Source of the DNA: an uncultured delta proteobacterium
GTDB lineage: Bacteria > Myxococcota_A > Polyangia > Fen-1088
Direction of reading: 5' to 3'
Length of the DNA: 64,000 bases
Assembly (NCBI GenBank): GCA_963755125.1
Contig: CAVWIP010000003.1
Location: forward strand, 19,344-83,343
Both the position numbers and the translations under genes were made by a program. Numbering within the stretch: the first letter of the stretch is position 1; each line of letters starts with the position of its first letter. This document shows, in pieces, positions 19,293-29,319 of this stretch. Below the pieces are notes generated by a model. The model was not told the DNA's origin and did not search any database. It worked only from the letters and a program-made list of their open reading frames with translations.

Positions 19293-22200
19293 ATGGTCGA
19301 GACCACATCGGCGAGAGTGCCGAAAGGGAGATTATTGCGACGGGTGCTGGCGATTGCCGGGCTGGCCACCGTGGTGGCGATCTTTGCGATAGCGATCGTG
19401 CGCCGGAACGTGGCGCCCCGACGGAGCGAGCCGCTGGAAGCGCGAATGGAATTGGCGGCCGGCGATGTCACCGTCGAACAGCAAGGCAAGCGCGTGCGCG
19501 TGGGATCGGGCGCGGCGGTGCTGGCCTTGGCCAAGGTGACGACCGGCCCCGGGTCGCGTGCTCTCTTGCGCCTGTCCGACGGCGCAGCCCTGTTCCTGCG
19601 CGGTGGCACCAGCCTGCAGCTCACTGCCGACGGAACCGCCGTGGAGGCAGGCGAGATCTGGCTGGAAGTACCGGTGGTGGATCGCAAGCCGGGCGTGCTC
19701 AGCCTGGGCGAGGCGACCGTGTCCGCAGCGGAGAGCGGGCTTTCCATTCGCCGCGACGCCAAGGGATCGAGCGTGTACGTGGCACGCGGGCTGGCGCATG
19801 TGAGCGCCCCGGGCGGGCGCGTGGAGGTGCGCGCAGGCGAGCGCGCGCTGTTGCAGCCAGGGGCCGCGCCGCAGGTCGCGCCGGTGGCGTACTGGGAAGA
19901 CTGGACCGGCGGCATGGCCGACCAGCGCCTGGCAGGCGGCGGCGCCGGCGCGGGACGCATCTACGGCGTGGATTTCGGCCGCAACAACAGCCCGGCGCGC
20001 GCGCTGGAGATCACACGCCAGGCGGTGCGCGTGACCTTGCGTTCCGGCATCGCCGAGACCGAGGTGGACCAGACCTTCTTCAACCCGGGCGAGCGCGAAG
20101 TGGAGGGCTGGTACTGGCTGACCGTGCCCGAGGGCGCTCTGGTTACCGGTTTTGCCGTCGAGAACAACGGCCAACTGGTCGAGGGCGAATTGATCGAGCG
20201 CAAGGAAGCCGCCCGCCAGTACGGGGCTGCGGCGCGCGCCGGCTTTGAGCCCGCGCTGCTTGAATGGATCGACGGCCGCAGCTATCGCGCGCGCATCTAC
20301 CCGGTGAACGCCGGCAACACGCGCCGGGTGGTCACGCGCTATCTGGAACTGGCACCGCTGGTCGACGGACGCCTGCGCTACCTCTTCCCCTTGCGCTCCG
20401 AGCCGCCGGTGCGCATCGGCGAGTTCTCGCTCAGCGTGGATCTGGGCAAGGCCGGCAAGGGCATGGAGCTGTCGACCCTGGAAGACGCGCGCATCGAGAA
20501 CGGCGGCCAGAAGGTCACCATGCGCCGCTCGGGCTTCACCGCGCAGGCGGATTTCCTTCTGGAAGCCAAGCTCAAAACGCTGCCACCACCGGTGCGCGTA
20601 GCGCGCTTTTCCGCCGGAGCCGAGACCGCGGACTTCGTGATGTTGCGCTACGTGCCTGACCTGGATTGGGTCGCGGTCGCGCAGCAGCCGGGCGCGGTGG
20701 TCGTGGTGGTGGATACCTCGGCCGGCATCGACGAGAGCACCCGGCAACTGGAAGTGGCGGCGGCAGAAGCCATTTTGCGCGCTCTCTCCGATGCCGACAA
20801 GTTCGCTTTGGTGGCACTCGACGTGCGGCCGCAGGTGCTGTATCCGGCCTCTGGCCTGGCCGCCGCCACCGAGGCTGAGGTGGGCAAAGCGCGCGAGTTG
20901 CTGGCGGCGCACGCGCCCGGAGGCGCGACCGATCTGGGCGCCTTGTTCGACGTGGCCCTAGCCCGCCTGCACGGCAGCGAGCAGCCCGCGGTGATCTACA
21001 TCGGCGACGGACTGGCCACGTCCGGCGAGATCAACGACGAGCGGCTGCAGGCATCTCTGCGGCGCAGCCTGGCCACCTCGAGGGCGCGGCTTTTCACCGT
21101 CGCGGTGGGCGGCGAGGCGGATCACGGATTCCTCGATGCTCTCGCGCACGCGGGGGGCGGCAAGAGCCTGCGCGTGGGCAACGCCGATGAGGCGGGTGGC
21201 CGAGCGCTGGAACTGGTCGCGGCGCTCAAGACACCGACCATCACCGATTTCCAGCTCGACGCAGGCGCGGGACTCGACGAGCTGTTCACCTCGGCCGACG
21301 GCAAGGTTTCCTGGGGCGGCGAGCTGGTGCTGCTGGCGCGCTCGCACCACGATCTGCCCAGCCAGGTCAAGGTGAAGGGCCGTCTGGGCGGGCTGCCGTT
21401 CGAGAAGAGCTACGCGGTCGAGGAAGAGGACGAATCCGTGGCCGCGCTGGTGCCGCAGCTGTGGGCGGCCGCGAACATGAAAAAGATCCTGGGCGAAGGC
21501 AGCGGCGCCGACGAGCAGCGCGGAACCCTGGTGAAGCTGGGCCTGGACTACGGCCTGATGACCCCGTTCACTAGCTTCCTGGCGCTGGAGAGCGAGCAGG
21601 CGTACGCGGCGCAGGGGATCGCGCGCAAACGGAGCCCGGTTTTCGGACGGCTGGCTGCTTCCGACAAGAAAGAGGCTACTGAAGAGAGTGACCGTTTCGT
21701 GCAAATGGGGCGCCAGGTGGCGGGCGAGCCACCGGCGCCGACTCTCGCGGTTGCACCGGCCGCGCCAGCGCCTTCCCCACCTGCCGAATCGGAGGCCATC
21801 GGCAATCTCAAAGGCCTCAGAGGAATCGGCCTCGGCGGTCCGCCATCTCCGACCGGGAAGCTGATGGCAGCGGCAGCTCCAACCCTGAGGGCGATGCCGG
21901 CAAAGATCGCGGCCAATCGCCCCGGGGCAGACTTGTCGAGGAGCGACGCCTTGGCCACGGGCGCGCCCGAGGCACGCCGGAGCGCATCCACCGTAGCTGC
22001 CATCATGCCTGCCGCGTGCAGCGACGCCAGCGAGAGGCCGCTCTTCGAGCGCGCGCTCCTGTGGATGAAGCGTTTGAACACGGCGACCGCGCCAGGCGAG
22101 TTGGCCGAACGCTATCGCGCCGCAATCGCCGCCTGCGAGCTGCCTGACTGGCGGGCCGAGGCGCTCTTCCTGCGCCTGCTCGCCCATCACATGGAAACCG

Positions 22201-23291
22201 AGGCTGCGGTGGCCGAGATCTTTGATTTTCTGGGCCCGCGGCCCGATGCGCGCTTTTATCTGGCGCGCGTGCTCTTGCGCCGGAATGCGGGCGATGCCCT
22301 GGCCCTGGCCATTGAGCAACGCCTGTTCGGCACGCGCGTGGCCTGGGACAAAGTCGACCTGGAACTTTCCGCGATCGGCAACCTCGACACCCGCATCGCG
22401 CGCCTGAAGGAATACCTGGCGCGCGCGCCCGACGATCCAGCGGGCGGCATGCGGCTGGTCAAGCTACTGGCTCGGGCCGGACACGCGGACGAGGCGCTGC
22501 TCTTTTCGCGCAAGCTGAAGGCCGCGGGGCTCATCACCCCGCGCCTGGTGCTGGCGCTGGGCGATCTGCAGGCCGATGCGGGCCAGACCGACGACGCCAT
22601 CCGCACCTACTCGGAGATCGTCGAATTCGATCCGCGCAACCAGGCGGCGCGCCAGTTGCTGGGCGACGTGTACCTGGCGCACGGCTGGTACGACCTGGCC
22701 TACGCGCAATACACGACCCTGACCGAGCTGGCGCCGGAAAACCTGTTGGCCTGGCTGCGTCTGGCTGCGGCTGCCGCAGGCGCAGGCCGCACCGACGAGG
22801 CCCTGCGCATCGAGCGCAAGGTGGCGCGCTCGCCGGGCAACCCGGGCCCCAGCGATCCGCGCCTTTTCGCCCGCCTGGCCGCGGCCGCGCACATGGCACA
22901 CCTGATGGCCGAGCCGCCCAAGGACGTGGACGGCAAACGTCTGGTGGAGAGCATGAGTCGAGACCTGGCCGAGCTGCAGCTCTTCCAGGGGCCGGGCACT
23001 CTGGTTCTGCTCTCGTGGGAGGATTTCGGGGCCGATCTGATCGCACGCACCAGCGGCAAGAGCCCTGTCCTGGCTGGCGAAACCACCGACGCGGCCACCG
23101 TGGGTCTGTCAGCCCTGCTGCTGCCGGCGGGAAAGCGCGCGGCCGTGCCCCTGCAAGCCCACCTGCGCAGCGCCCCACCCGCGCGGCCACTCAAGCTGGT
23201 GGTTTGCACCATCGATCACGACGGCAAGACGTTCCAGGTGAACGTGAAACGCGTGGAACTGGCCGCGGGGCAGGTTGACGTGGGACTGTGA
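19293..23291 (+). CDS. Membrane-anchored FecR-VIT-VWA-TPR multidomain protein
   Basis: N-terminal TM, FecR-like region (TGPGSRALLRLSDG), VIT (AETEVDQTFFN..EGWY, PALLEW), VWA (VVVVDTSAG, GATD, IGDG), LMTPFTSFLALE, C-terminal TPRs. Confidence 0.8.
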   Translation: MVETTSARVPKGRLLRRVLAIAGLATVVAIFAIAIVRRNVAPRRSEPLEARMELAAGDVTVEQQGKRVRVGSGAAVLALAKVTTGPGSRALLRLSDGAALFLRGGTSLQLTADGTAVEAGEIWLEVPVVDRKPGVLSLGEATVSAAESGLSIRRDAKGSSVYVARGLAHVSAPGGRVEVRAGERALLQPGAAPQVAPVAYWEDWTGGMADQRLAGGGAGAGRIYGVDFGRNNSPARALEITRQAVRVTLRSGIAETEVDQTFFNPGEREVEGWYWLTVPEGALVTGFAVENNGQLVEGELIERKEAARQYGAAARAGFEPALLEWIDGRSYRARIYPVNAGNTRRVVTRYLELAPLVDGRLRYLFPLRSEPPVRIGEFSLSVDLGKAGKGMELSTLEDARIENGGQKVTMRRSGFTAQADFLLEAKLKTLPPPVRVARFSAGAETADFVMLRYVPDLDWVAVAQQPGAVVVVVDTSAGIDESTRQLEVAAAEAILRALSDADKFALVALDVRPQVLYPASGLAAATEAEVGKARELLAAHAPGGATDLGALFDVALARLHGSEQPAVIYIGDGLATSGEINDERLQASLRRSLATSRARLFTVAVGGEADHGFLDALAHAGGGKSLRVGNADEAGGRALELVAALKTPTITDFQLDAGAGLDELFTSADGKVSWGGELVLLARSHHDLPSQVKVKGRLGGLPFEKSYAVEEEDESVAALVPQLWAAANMKKILGEGSGADEQRGTLVKLGLDYGLMTPFTSFLALESEQAYAAQGIARKRSPVFGRLAASDKKEATEESDRFVQMGRQVAGEPPAPTLAVAPAAPAPSPPAESEAIGNLKGLRGIGLGGPPSPTGKLMAAAAPTLRAMPAKIAANRPGADLSRSDALATGAPEARRSASTVAAIMPAACSDASERPLFERALLWMKRLNTATAPGELAERYRAAIAACELPDWRAEALFLRLLAHHMETEAAVAEIFDFLGPRPDARFYLARVLLRRNAGDALALAIEQRLFGTRVAWDKVDLELSAIGNLDTRIARLKEYLARAPDDPAGGMRLVKLLARAGHADEALLFSRKLKAAGLITPRLVLALGDLQADAGQTDDAIRTYSEIVEFDPRNQAARQLLGDVYLAHGWYDLAYAQYTTLTELAPENLLAWLRLAAAAAGAGRTDEALRIERKVARSPGNPGPSDPRLFARLAAAAHMAHLMAEPPKDVDGKRLVESMSRDLAELQLFQGPGTLVLLSWEDFGADLIARTSGKSPVLAGETTDAATVGLSALLLPAGKRAAVPLQAHLRSAPPARPLKLVVCTIDHDGKTFQVNVKRVELAAGQVDVGL

Positions 23292-23294
23292 CAA

Positions 23295-25298
23295 TTAGGC
23301 TCGACTCCCCCGGCTCGTCGCGCGTCTGGGCCACAAGAGCGGCACATTCGCAGCCAGTTCATTGTAGGCATGGCGCGAAACCTGCCGGCGCACTTGGGTC
23401 AGTTCGTGCCAGATCTCGGCCTCGTGCTGCTGGGCACGGGCCAGCTTGTGCAGGTCAAAGCGGGAGACTCGGCGGTCGCGCAGCTTACCCAAGATACGGC
23501 CGCGCGCCTGGCCCGCCAGATCCCTGAATACGCCGGGGCCGAAGCGATCGTAATAGAAGATTGTGTGCGCGGTCGATAGCGAGCCGGCCCAGGGATAGCT
23601 GCGCACGAGCCATCCCGACGCCAGTCGGCTGAGCTCCTGTTCCAGCCGGACGCGGTCGCGTCCGCACTTGCCCGGCTGGCGTTCGGCAAAGAACAGGGCC
23701 GTGCCCAGCTCGTCGCCTTGCGCGGTCCACATCTCGCGCAGTCCGAAGCGCGTCGGATCGCGCGCCACGCGTGAACCGTGTGTGAGTTCAAACTGCCCCA
23801 CGATGAAGGCCGCGACATGCGAAGCGTGGCGCTCAATAAAACGCAGCGTCGCCATGGCTTCAGTGAATGTCTCGGTGGGAAAATCGGAAAAGCACATCAC
23901 CTCGACCGCGATGCCCGCGCGGGCCAGGTCGCGCACCGCCGTGGCTGCGCGGCCAGGCGTGATTCCCTTGTCGATCCGGCGCAACACCCGCGGGCTAGCC
24001 GATTCAATCCCAAGGCTGAACGCGACGGCACCGCCCCGGCGCAACCCCTGGCAGCGTTCGGGCGTCAGATACGGCTCGGGCCGCAGGTCAGTGCCCCAGC
24101 GCAGGTCCAGGCCGGTCTTTGCCAGCGCGTCGGCCAACCGGCAGAGCATTGCGGGCGCCACCGAGTCCTGCGACAGATAGAAGAAATGCGTGTTGTGGCG
24201 GACGGACAGAGCGCCGAGGTGCTCGACCACGGTTTCCACCGCGCGCTCGCGGTAGCGGGCGGTGCCGGTTGCTGCCAGGCCGTAGTGGCAGAAGGCGCAG
24301 CGACCCCAGTAGCAGCCGCGGGTGGGATCGTAGGGCAGAAGCAGGTGAGGCGAAAGATAGCGATCGAGCGGCAGACCGTCGAAATCGGGCGCGGGCAGCG
24401 TGCGCAGATCGACAGCAGGCGGCCCGGGCAGAATGCGCGCGCCCAGCAAGGGATCGCGCAGCACCAGATTGGGGATTCGGTGAAGCCCCCGCGGCGTCCC
24501 GCGCGCGTCGGCCAGAGCGCGGCACAGCGCCAGCAGGGTGTGCTCGCCCTCGAAGACCACCGCGCTGTCAAAGGCCCCCAGCGCCCGCGCGAGCGCGAGA
24601 CCCTGTAGCCGCAGCAGCACCTGGGTAATGGCCGGCCCGCCCGCGACCAGATGCGCCTCGGGAAAGGCGGCCTTGAGCTTGAGCGCGAACGAATACGCGG
24701 GCACGAGCTGACCCGGGAAGCACACCGACAGGCCGATCGCATCCACGCGCGCCCGGCGCAAACGGGGTACCAGTTCGCGCGCGAGGTAGCCGTCGAACGG
24801 ATCGCGCTCGGGATCGGCATCGCGTGCGATCTCGTCCGGGGTGGTCAGGGCGAAGGGCGTCCGGTACGCGGTGAAGTCGAGTTGCAGAGGCGCGTGCGCG
24901 GTCGCGATCACGCGCAGGCCCGCGCTGACCGTGCCAACCGCGTCGGCATACAAGCCGGAATCGTAAAAGCGCTCGCTGCTGCGCAGGACGTCCAGCGCCG
25001 CGCCGATACCGCCCGGCACTGCGCCTGCTTCGTCGCGAACCCGCAACAACGTCAACAGGTCGAGCTGGGCCTGGTGGTCGAGCGCGCGCCGGCGTTGCAG
25101 GCTGGCGATACGCCGTTCGATGCGGTCGTGGAGCAGGGCCAATGGCTGGCGTTGCAACAGGGACAGGAAACCCTCCAGGTTGGCATCGATGGGCAGCACC
25201 TCGATGCCCTGGGGACGCAGGAATCCCGCCAGTGCCGCAACCGCGGGGTAAGGCGCCGTGGGATCGCAGGCCGGCGGAAAGATGAGTGCAAGCTTCAC
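23295..25298 (-). CDS. Cobalamin-binding radical SAM protein
   Basis: GTG start KLALIFPP; B12-binding-like region (GLSV..Q, AGGP, FEGE), TRGCYWGRCAFC, GIES. Confidence 0.88.
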   Translation of the reverse strand: MKLALIFPPACDPTAPYPAVAALAGFLRPQGIEVLPIDANLEGFLSLLQRQPLALLHDRIERRIASLQRRRALDHQAQLDLLTLLRVRDEAGAVPGGIGAALDVLRSSERFYDSGLYADAVGTVSAGLRVIATAHAPLQLDFTAYRTPFALTTPDEIARDADPERDPFDGYLARELVPRLRRARVDAIGLSVCFPGQLVPAYSFALKLKAAFPEAHLVAGGPAITQVLLRLQGLALARALGAFDSAVVFEGEHTLLALCRALADARGTPRGLHRIPNLVLRDPLLGARILPGPPAVDLRTLPAPDFDGLPLDRYLSPHLLLPYDPTRGCYWGRCAFCHYGLAATGTARYRERAVETVVEHLGALSVRHNTHFFYLSQDSVAPAMLCRLADALAKTGLDLRWGTDLRPEPYLTPERCQGLRRGGAVAFSLGIESASPRVLRRIDKGITPGRAATAVRDLARAGIAVEVMCFSDFPTETFTEAMATLRFIERHASHVAAFIVGQFELTHGSRVARDPTRFGLREMWTAQGDELGTALFFAERQPGKCGRDRVRLEQELSRLASGWLVRSYPWAGSLSTAHTIFYYDRFGPGVFRDLAGQARGRILGKLRDRRVSRFDLHKLARAQQHEAEIWHELTQVRRQVSRHAYNELAANVPLLWPRRATSRGSRA

Positions 25299-25383
25299 GC
25301 GCGCAGGACCGGGAGCAGTCGTCCCATTGTGATCTGAATCAGAGGAGCCGGCCGTCGCTGAATACCAGCACGTCGAACGTCCC

Positions 25384-25740
25384 TCAGTCTTCGTCGAAAA
25401 AGAGTGACTCCCGCCTCTTGAGAAAGTCGTTGACTGCTCGTTTCGCACGGGGCGACATCTGCAGGAAACGCAAACCCATGCCCGGAGCATCGATGCCTTT
25501 GCTGAGGGATGTGCCGCGTACCCAGCGGACCTCGGTGAGAATTTCGAAGGATTCCGTCTGCCCGGGCAAGGTGAGCATCACCTTGATGCGATCGCCGACC
25601 TGCCGGATCTGGTTGGTGGCCACGAAGATCCCGCCCCCGCTCAGGTCCTGGGTGAGCCCGGTGTAAAAGTTGCTCTCGGTCTGCAGTCCGACCTCGACCT
25701 CGACTTGGAAACGTGGACCAGTGCGGCGGTCGTCAGTCAT
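25384..25740 (-). CDS. PilZ-domain protein (myxobacterial TIGR02266 type)
   Basis: RTGPR (RxxxR), DLSGGG (DxSxxG), IFVAT, EVRWVR, GMGLRF. Confidence 0.9.
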   Translation of the reverse strand: MTDDRRTGPRFQVEVEVGLQTESNFYTGLTQDLSGGGIFVATNQIRQVGDRIKVMLTLPGQTESFEILTEVRWVRGTSLSKGIDAPGMGLRFLQMSPRAKRAVNDFLKRRESLFFDED

Positions 25741-26830
25741 GGCAGGCCATTTCCCTTGCTTTTACACCATTCGTGCCGCCGGTAAAACCAGACAGCGTGG
25801 CCATGGTCGACAACATGTACGAGATGGTCTTGTTCCAGGAGTACTGGGAAAAATCCAGGGTGCATGCGCCGGCATCAAGCTGCAGGTAACGCCGACCATC
25901 AACAACCAGCGGCTGCCCCGCACCGTTGCCGATCAACTCACGGTGCGACGGGATGTCGGACAGCACGACCGTCTCGCCCAGCGCCAGCGCTTCCAGCACG
26001 GCGTTGGACGAGTTCTCGATTTCGGAAGTCGAAATGAACACCTGCGACTGCCGCATGTGCTGCAAGACCTGCTGGCGCGGCAAGATGCCGAGGCACTCGA
26101 CGTAGGGCCTTCTTTTCACACTCGGCGGAATGCTCTCGATATTGCCGACGATGAGCAGCTTTTCCAGGCGGCGCGTCGCCTGCATCTGTTCCAGCACGGC
26201 GCAGGTCCGGTCCAGTCGCTTGTATGACGAGGTTCCCACGGTGATGGCCTGGGGCAGGCGGGGGACGTCGGTTACCCTCTCGAAGGCTTCAATTCCGTTG
26301 CGCAGCACCACGAACTCCCGGCGCCAGCCCGTGGTCTTGCGGTAGATGTCGAGGGTGAATGCCGATTCTCCTGACACCACCGAGCAGTTGTCCGCGCTCG
26401 CGACGAAACGCTCCCTAAGCAGGAAGTTGCTGGCGAACACCCAGATGTCCAGGGTCAGGCCCAGAAGCCCGAAGGGCAGCGAGTTGCTGACGTGCAGCCA
26501 GTTGTGGTCGCCGACCTTGCCGTAGATGGGAATGCCGTAGGAGAAGAACCAGTGCGATCGGCCGCCGTAGCGGCTCACGAAACGCGGGTCGAACCACAGC
26601 CGGGCCAGCGGCCTGCGCCGCACGACCTCGTACTTGACCGCCTTGCCCGCGATGTGCTCCTCGACCTGGGGATGCACCAAGAACAGCACGCGCCCCTGGC
26701 GGGCGGCGAAGTGGTCGGCATAGGCCAGCAGGCGCTTGAGGCCGCCCCCCACGGGCGACGCGGAGAAATCGAAGATGATGTCGTACTCCCGCCTCGTGCG
26801 CCCTGCTCGCAGTCGGTGAAAGGCTGTCAT
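25733..26830 (-). CDS. Glycosyltransferase family 4
   Basis: GGGL N-terminal motif, YKRLD, ENSSNAVLEALALG..VVLSDIP.HRE. Confidence 0.8.
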   Translation of the reverse strand: MTAFHRLRAGRTRREYDIIFDFSASPVGGGLKRLLAYADHFAARQGRVLFLVHPQVEEHIAGKAVKYEVVRRRPLARLWFDPRFVSRYGGRSHWFFSYGIPIYGKVGDHNWLHVSNSLPFGLLGLTLDIWVFASNFLLRERFVASADNCSVVSGESAFTLDIYRKTTGWRREFVVLRNGIEAFERVTDVPRLPQAITVGTSSYKRLDRTCAVLEQMQATRRLEKLLIVGNIESIPPSVKRRPYVECLGILPRQQVLQHMRQSQVFISTSEIENSSNAVLEALALGETVVLSDIPSHRELIGNGAGQPLVVDGRRYLQLDAGACTLDFSQYSWNKTISYMLSTMATLSGFTGGTNGVKAREMACHD

Positions 26831-26920
26831 GGGCACTGACGCCAGTGTAACCCATTTGCGGTCCACCGGCGCGGGCGACGACGGGAGAATCCGACGCAGG
26901 AGTGCTAGGATGCGCGGCGC

Positions 26921-28081
26921 GTGTCGCCCGTCAGCCCCGAGAGCCATGGCCCACCACCGCTGATCGCTCTGGTCGCGGGGGCGCGGCCGAATTTCATGAA
27001 GATCGCGCCCATCTCGCGCGAACTGCAGCGGCGTGCGATCCCGGCGCGGCTCATCCACACCGGCCAGCACTTCGACGAGAACATGAGCGACGTGTTTTTC
27101 CGCGACCTGGGCATGCCCGCGCCCGACGTCAGGCTGGGCGCGGGCGGCGGAACCCAGGCGCAGCAGACCGCCGCGGTTCTGGTCGGGATCGAGGCCGAGT
27201 TGCTACGCGCACGGCCAGCGCTCGTGGTGGTGGTGGGGGACGTCACCAGCACGGTGGCCGCCGCGCTGGCGGCCGCCAAGCTGGGCGTACCCGTGGTTCA
27301 CGTCGAGGCCGGGCTGCGCTCGCGCGACTGGACCATGCCGGAGGAAATCAATCGCGTGCTCTGCGATCGGCTTTCCGATCTCTTGCTCACGCCTTCGCCG
27401 GATGCGCGCGACAACCTCCTGGGCGAGGGCATCGCAGCCGAACGCATCGTCTTCGTCGGCAACGTGATGATCGATTCGCTTCACTATGCGGTTGCGCGCC
27501 CCACCGACGTGCTGGCGCGCCTGCAACTCGGCCCGCGCGCCTACGCGGTCGCCACCATTCACCGGCCTTCCAGCGTCGACACGCCGGCGGCGCTGCGGGC
27601 CACCCTGGATGCGCTGGCCGCGGTGGCCGCGCGCGTTCCCCTGGTTCTTCCCGTGCACCCGCGCACCCGCGCCCGCCTGGACGAGTTCGCTCTGGCTGCT
27701 CACGCCCGCTCGCTCACCGGCCTCATGCTCACCGAGCCGCTCGGCTACAACGACTTCGTGACCCTGTTCTCTCGCGCGTGCCTGGCACTCACCGACTCGG
27801 GAGGAATCCAGGAAGAAACCACCGCGCTCGGCATCCCGTGCCTTACCATGCGTGACTCGACCGAGCGTCCCATCACGGTGACCGAGGGAACCAACCTCAT
27901 CGTGGGCACCGACCGCGAGCGCATCGCGCGCGCGCTGGACGAGATCCTGGCGGGCAAGGGCAAGACCGGGCGCGTGCCCGAGGGCTGGGACGGCCACGCG
28001 GCCTCGCGCATCGTCGACGCCCTCAAGCGCTTCTGCGCCGGGACACCCAGGCCGCTGGCGTATCGCCCGGGCAGCCCGTGA
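26921..28081 (+). CDS. wecB: UDP-N-acetylglucosamine 2-epimerase (non-hydrolysing)
   Basis: GARPNFMKIAP, HTGQH, HVEAGLRS, MPEEINR, TDSGGIQEET, TERP. Confidence 0.95.
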   Translation: MSPVSPESHGPPPLIALVAGARPNFMKIAPISRELQRRAIPARLIHTGQHFDENMSDVFFRDLGMPAPDVRLGAGGGTQAQQTAAVLVGIEAELLRARPALVVVVGDVTSTVAAALAAAKLGVPVVHVEAGLRSRDWTMPEEINRVLCDRLSDLLLTPSPDARDNLLGEGIAAERIVFVGNVMIDSLHYAVARPTDVLARLQLGPRAYAVATIHRPSSVDTPAALRATLDALAAVAARVPLVLPVHPRTRARLDEFALAAHARSLTGLMLTEPLGYNDFVTLFSRACLALTDSGGIQEETTALGIPCLTMRDSTERPITVTEGTNLIVGTDRERIARALDEILAGKGKTGRVPEGWDGHAASRIVDALKRFCAGTPRPLAYRPGSP

Positions 28082-29319
28082 TGCACATCCTCTACGTCTC
28101 GCAGTACTTCCCCCCGGAGCCCGGTGCCCCGGCGGCCCGCGTGTCGGAACTGGCGCGCGCCTGGGTGCAGGCCGGGCACCAGATCACCGTGCTGACCGGC
28201 ATGCCCCACCACCCCACCGGACTCGTACCGCCCGAATATCGGCGCCGCGTTCTGGTCAGCGAGGATTTTCACGGCGTGCGGGTGGTGCGTACCTGGATCT
28301 ACGCTGCCGCCAACCGCGGGCGCCTGCGCCGGTCGCTGGCCTACGCGAGTTTCGCCGCCTCGGCCGCCCTGTGGGGACAGTTTCACGTGGGCCGCCCCGA
28401 CGTCCTGGTCGCCACCAGCCCCCAGTTTCTCTGCGCGGTCGCCGGACACGCCATCGCCCGCACGCGTTCGCTTCCCTTCGTCTTCGAGGTCCGCGATCTG
28501 TGGCCCGAGTCGATCGTCGCGGTCGGTGCGCTGTCCGCGGGACATCCTGTCGTGCGCGGCCTCACCCTGGTCGAGGAGCACCTCTATCGACGAGCCGACC
28601 GCATCGTGGTAGTCACCGATTCCTTTGGCACGCGCCTGCGCCAGCGCGGCGTGCCGGCGCACAAGATCGAAGTGGTCAAGAACGGCGTCGACCTGGATCG
28701 CTTCGTGCCGGGATCGCACGACACCCCTTTGCGCGAACGCCTTGGCTTTGCCGGCAAGTTCGTGGTCGGCTACGTGGGCACGCACGGCATGGCCCACGGG
28801 CTCGACAGCGTGCTGGACGTGGCCGCCGCGCTTCGTCCGCATGACCGGATCCGATTCCTGTTCGTGGGCGAGGGCGCCGAGCGGCAACGGTTGCAAGCGC
28901 GGGCCAAGAACGAGGCGCTCGAAAACGTGGTCTTCCTGGGTGCGCTGCCCAGGGACGCGATGAACGAGGTGTACGCGACCAGCGATCTGTGTCTGGTTCC
29001 CCTGCGCAAATCCGAGCTTTTCCAGACGGTTTTGCCCTCAAAGATCTTCGAGATCCTGGGCATGGCCCGCCCGGTCCTGCTCTCGGTCGACGGTGAGGCG
29101 CGGGCCCTGGTCGAGGCGTCCGGGGGCGGCGTCTTCGTCCCGCCCGAAGATGTCCCCGCCATGACCGAGGCCATCCTGCGTCTCGCGCAGGAGCCCGCGG
29201 CCTGCCAGGACATGGGAGAGCGCGGCCGCGCCTACGTGAAGCAACACTTCGACCGCAAGCAACTGGCGGCGCGCTACCTCGAAATCCTGCAAGAGGTGGC
29301 CGAAAGAGGACGCGCGTGA
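28081..29319 (+). CDS. Glycosyltransferase family 4 (WbuB-like)
   Basis: SQYFPPE, TSP, EVRDLWPES, G.HGMAHGL, PSKIFE. Confidence 0.9.
   Translation: MHILYVSQYFPPEPGAPAARVSELARAWVQAGHQITVLTGMPHHPTGLVPPEYRRRVLVSEDFHGVRVVRTWIYAAANRGRLRRSLAYASFAASAALWGQFHVGRPDVLVATSPQFLCAVAGHAIARTRSLPFVFEVRDLWPESIVAVGALSAGHPVVRGLTLVEEHLYRRADRIVVVTDSFGTRLRQRGVPAHKIEVVKNGVDLDRFVPGSHDTPLRERLGFAGKFVVGYVGTHGMAHGLDSVLDVAAALRPHDRIRFLFVGEGAERQRLQARAKNEALENVVFLGALPRDAMNEVYATSDLCLVPLRKSELFQTVLPSKIFEILGMARPVLLSVDGEARALVEASGGGVFVPPEDVPAMTEAILRLAQEPAACQDMGERGRAYVKQHFDRKQLAARYLEILQEVAERGRA

Noticed and set aside
23295..25384. B12 radical SAM as a RiPP maturase
   Set aside because: No precursor peptide, peptidase or transporter gene was seen adjacent.
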